A DNA stretch of 64,000 nucleotides, taken from positions 5,295 to 69,294 of the forward strand of contig JAJDCA010000014.1 in the NCBI GenBank assembly GCA_029261055.1, written 5' to 3'. The DNA is from Candidatus Omnitrophota bacterium (GTDB taxonomy: Bacteria > Omnitrophota > Gorgyraeia > Zapsychrales > Zapsychraceae). Below, one piece after another: positions 61,598-64,000 of this stretch. Position 1 is the stretch's first letter, and every line of letters starts with the position of its first letter. Both the position numbers and the translations under genes were made by a program. Below the pieces are notes generated by a model. That model was not told the origin of the DNA, searched no databases, and saw nothing but the letters and a program-made list of their open reading frames with translations.

Positions 61598-62874
61598 TGA
61601 ATTTAACCAATAAAAAAATAACAATTATCGGCTGTAAACGCAGCGGGATGGCTTTGGCTAAGTTGGCTGTTCGTCTTGAAGCTCGGGTAAGAATTTCAGA
61701 ATACGGCTCTGAGGATTCGGTAACACCTGAGGATAGGAAGTGGTTCGAACAAAACCATATTTCTGTTGAGTTTGATGGGCATACACAAGAGTTTATCGAA
61801 GAAAGTGATTTTGTTATTGTCAGTCCCGGCGTTCCCTTTGATGCGCAACCGGTGCAGTGGGCCAGAGCGAAAGGAATTCCTGTTTTGGGGGAGGTTGAAT
61901 TTGCATTTCAATTTTGCTCTAAGCCTGTTATTGCTGTTACGGGCAGTTGCGGCAAGACAACGGTTGTCACGCTGATCAGTGATGTTCTTCAGGCCGCAGG
62001 ACATAAGGTAAGCTTGTGCGGGAATATCGGGATGCCATTTTCAGAGCAAGTATTGGCAACCGCGGACAAAGATTATGTTGTTTTAGAAGTAAGCTCTTTT
62101 CAATTGGAAACGTTGTTGTCCTCGGAAGATTGTCAGAAATATGATGTAAAAGGCTTTCAGCCGCAGATTTCTGTTTTATTAAACCTGAGTCCTAATCATC
62201 TGGATCGGCATAAAGATTTTGAAGAATATAAGGCCGCGAAAACCAGCATTTTTTTGAATCAAACATCCACAAATTTTGCGGTAGTGAATCAAAATGATGC
62301 TTTAACAAAAGATTTAGTTGAGCAAGTTAAGGCTAAGGTTTGTTCTTTTAATAATAGTGATGAGAATCCTAATTATGCGGCGGTTAGAGAGGTGGCTAAG
62401 ATTCTTGATGTAGATTCCGATATTTGTGATCAAACATTTCAGGCATTTAAAGGTATTGAGCATCGTCTGGAATGGGTGCGTAATATCAACGGTATTGATT
62501 TTATTAATGATTCAAAGGCTACCACAACGCAATCTACTATTTGGGCGTTCAATCGAGTTCAGCAGCCTATTTTGATGCTGTGTGGAGGCAAGGATAAAAA
62601 TCTTGATTTTACACCGCTAACAAAAATGGTCACGGATAAAGTCAAAAGGATGTTTGTGTTTGGTGAGGCGATCGATAAAATTCAGAACACTTTTGAAAAT
62701 TATGTGGATATTGAAACATGTGCCAGTATGAAAGAAGCTGTCGTGCGGGCACAGGCGACAGCTATTGAAGGGGACTGCGTTCTCTTAAGCCCTATGTGTG
62801 CGAGTTTTGATATGTTTAAGAATTATGAGGAAAGAGGAAAGGTTTTTAAGGAGATTGTTAATAATTTAAAATGA
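61597..62874 (+). CDS. murD: UDP-MurNAc-L-Ala--D-Glu ligase
   Basis: VSPGV, VTGSCGKTT, LEVSSFQLE, HLDRH, NDSKAT, SPMCASFD; ATG overlaps mraY TAA. Confidence 0.95.
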   Translation: MNLTNKKITIIGCKRSGMALAKLAVRLEARVRISEYGSEDSVTPEDRKWFEQNHISVEFDGHTQEFIEESDFVIVSPGVPFDAQPVQWARAKGIPVLGEVEFAFQFCSKPVIAVTGSCGKTTVVTLISDVLQAAGHKVSLCGNIGMPFSEQVLATADKDYVVLEVSSFQLETLLSSEDCQKYDVKGFQPQISVLLNLSPNHLDRHKDFEEYKAAKTSIFLNQTSTNFAVVNQNDALTKDLVEQVKAKVCSFNNSDENPNYAAVREVAKILDVDSDICDQTFQAFKGIEHRLEWVRNINGIDFINDSKATTTQSTIWAFNRVQQPILMLCGGKDKNLDFTPLTKMVTDKVKRMFVFGEAIDKIQNTFENYVDIETCASMKEAVVRAQATAIEGDCVLLSPMCASFDMFKNYEERGKVFKEIVNNLK

Positions 62875-63959
62875 AATCCCTTCGTATATCCATAGTCGCG
62901 ATAGTAACAATTTTAATCAGCATAGGCATAGTTTTTATTTACAGCTCCAGTGGTGTGTATGCCATGCAGGAATTGGGGGACCGGGCGTATTTTCTTAAAC
63001 GGCATGTGTTATTTTTGTTTATGAGTATATTAGCGGCCTGTGGGATGATGTTTGTGGATTATCGCCGTTTACGACCCGCGGCTAAGCCGATGATGATAGG
63101 GACCATTGTTTTACTTGTTTTAGTTTTGATTCCTATGATAGGACAGTCCAGTTTTGGAGCCAGACGTTGGTTTAAAGTCGGCGTTTTTCATTTTCAGCCT
63201 TCGGAGTTGGCGAAGTTTGTCATGTTGATATATGCTGCAGACTTTTTAGCTAGAAAACGGGATGCGATTAAGGATTTTGTGGAAGGGTTTTTGCCTCTTA
63301 TTTGTGTGGTGGGGATTAATTGTCTTTTGGTTGTTAGACAGCCGGATTTAGGGAATTCAATTCTTATCGCGAGCATTGTCTTGATTATGATGTTTGTTGC
63401 AGGGGCACGGCTTTTACATATGGGGCTTTTGATATTGGCGTCGGCACCTGTAGTATTTCTTTTGGTTGTTAAAGTTTCTTATCGTCTTAAAAGAATTATG
63501 TCGTTTTTAAATCCCGGACAGGATGTGCATGGGGTAGGATTTCAATTATTTCAATCACAAATTGCTTTAGGATCCGGAGGGATTTTTGGTGTAGGACTTG
63601 GAAAAAGCATGCAAAAGCTTTTTTATTTGCCTGCTGCACACACAGACTTTATTTTTGCGATTATTGGGGCTGAGCTAGGCTTGCTGGGGACACTGGCCGT
63701 TATTATTTTATTTGGAGCTTTTATTTGCCAGGGCGCCCGCATAGCCAAACGTACGCAGGATCCGTTTGGGTATTACTTAAGTATCGGGATTGTGGCCATG
63801 CTAGGCTTGCAAGCTGTTGTTAATATTGGCGTTAGCATAGGTGCTTTACCAACCAAAGGCCTTCCATTACCCTTTATCAGCTATGGCGGCTCTGCGCTCA
63901 TCTTTAATATGATGGCGGTAGGGTTACTGCTTAACATTTCACGTACAGAGGATTTGTGA
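62871..63959 (+). CDS. ftsW: SEDS peptidoglycan glycosyltransferase FtsW
   Basis: GARRW, FQPSELAK, QPDLG, LPAAHTDFIF, LPFISYGGS. Confidence 0.95.
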   Translation: MKSLRISIVAIVTILISIGIVFIYSSSGVYAMQELGDRAYFLKRHVLFLFMSILAACGMMFVDYRRLRPAAKPMMIGTIVLLVLVLIPMIGQSSFGARRWFKVGVFHFQPSELAKFVMLIYAADFLARKRDAIKDFVEGFLPLICVVGINCLLVVRQPDLGNSILIASIVLIMMFVAGARLLHMGLLILASAPVVFLLVVKVSYRLKRIMSFLNPGQDVHGVGFQLFQSQIALGSGGIFGVGLGKSMQKLFYLPAAHTDFIFAIIGAELGLLGTLAVIILFGAFICQGARIAKRTQDPFGYYLSIGIVAMLGLQAVVNIGVSIGALPTKGLPLPFISYGGSALIFNMMAVGLLLNISRTEDL

Positions 63960-64000
63960 TCCTTTCCTATCTTTAGTTGACGGGTTTAATTCCTCGGGGC

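Overview
AT-rich bacterial chromosomal window, most consistent with a PVC-superphylum organism, probably Candidatus Omnitrophota (inferred from the large modular secreted proteins and a Chlamydia-like class Ic ribonucleotide reductase). The housekeeping backbone comprises nfnAB, panB, menB-menA-menC...menE plus a thioesterase, peroxiredoxin, SOD, nrdAB, ssb, a minus-strand mla operon, tRNA-Pro, acyP, ligA, xerD, a CCA-type nucleotidyltransferase, rbfA-nrnA-truB-ribF and the dcw cluster (mraZ to ftsW). Accessory material is interleaved. (i) Two paralogous large secreted proteins (1490 and 1236 aa) share conserved N- and C-terminal domains around unrelated AT-rich cargo modules punctuated by D-x-[AS]-M motifs; each lies beside toxin-antitoxin-like cassettes and carries a different palindromic DNA element in frame in the same loop. 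(ii) A 9.4-kb type I R-M island splits murE from murF; it nests a DUF3800 + putative RNase pair, a DUF3800 remnant, two promoter-bearing antisense structured RNA candidates, and an HsdR fused to an S24 peptidase. (iii) Several small palindromic and heptamer repeat families occur, one inside a duplicated tRNA 5' fragment. No CRISPR array, rRNA, transposase or prophage was seen. All family assignments are from motif recognition by eye; no searches were run.
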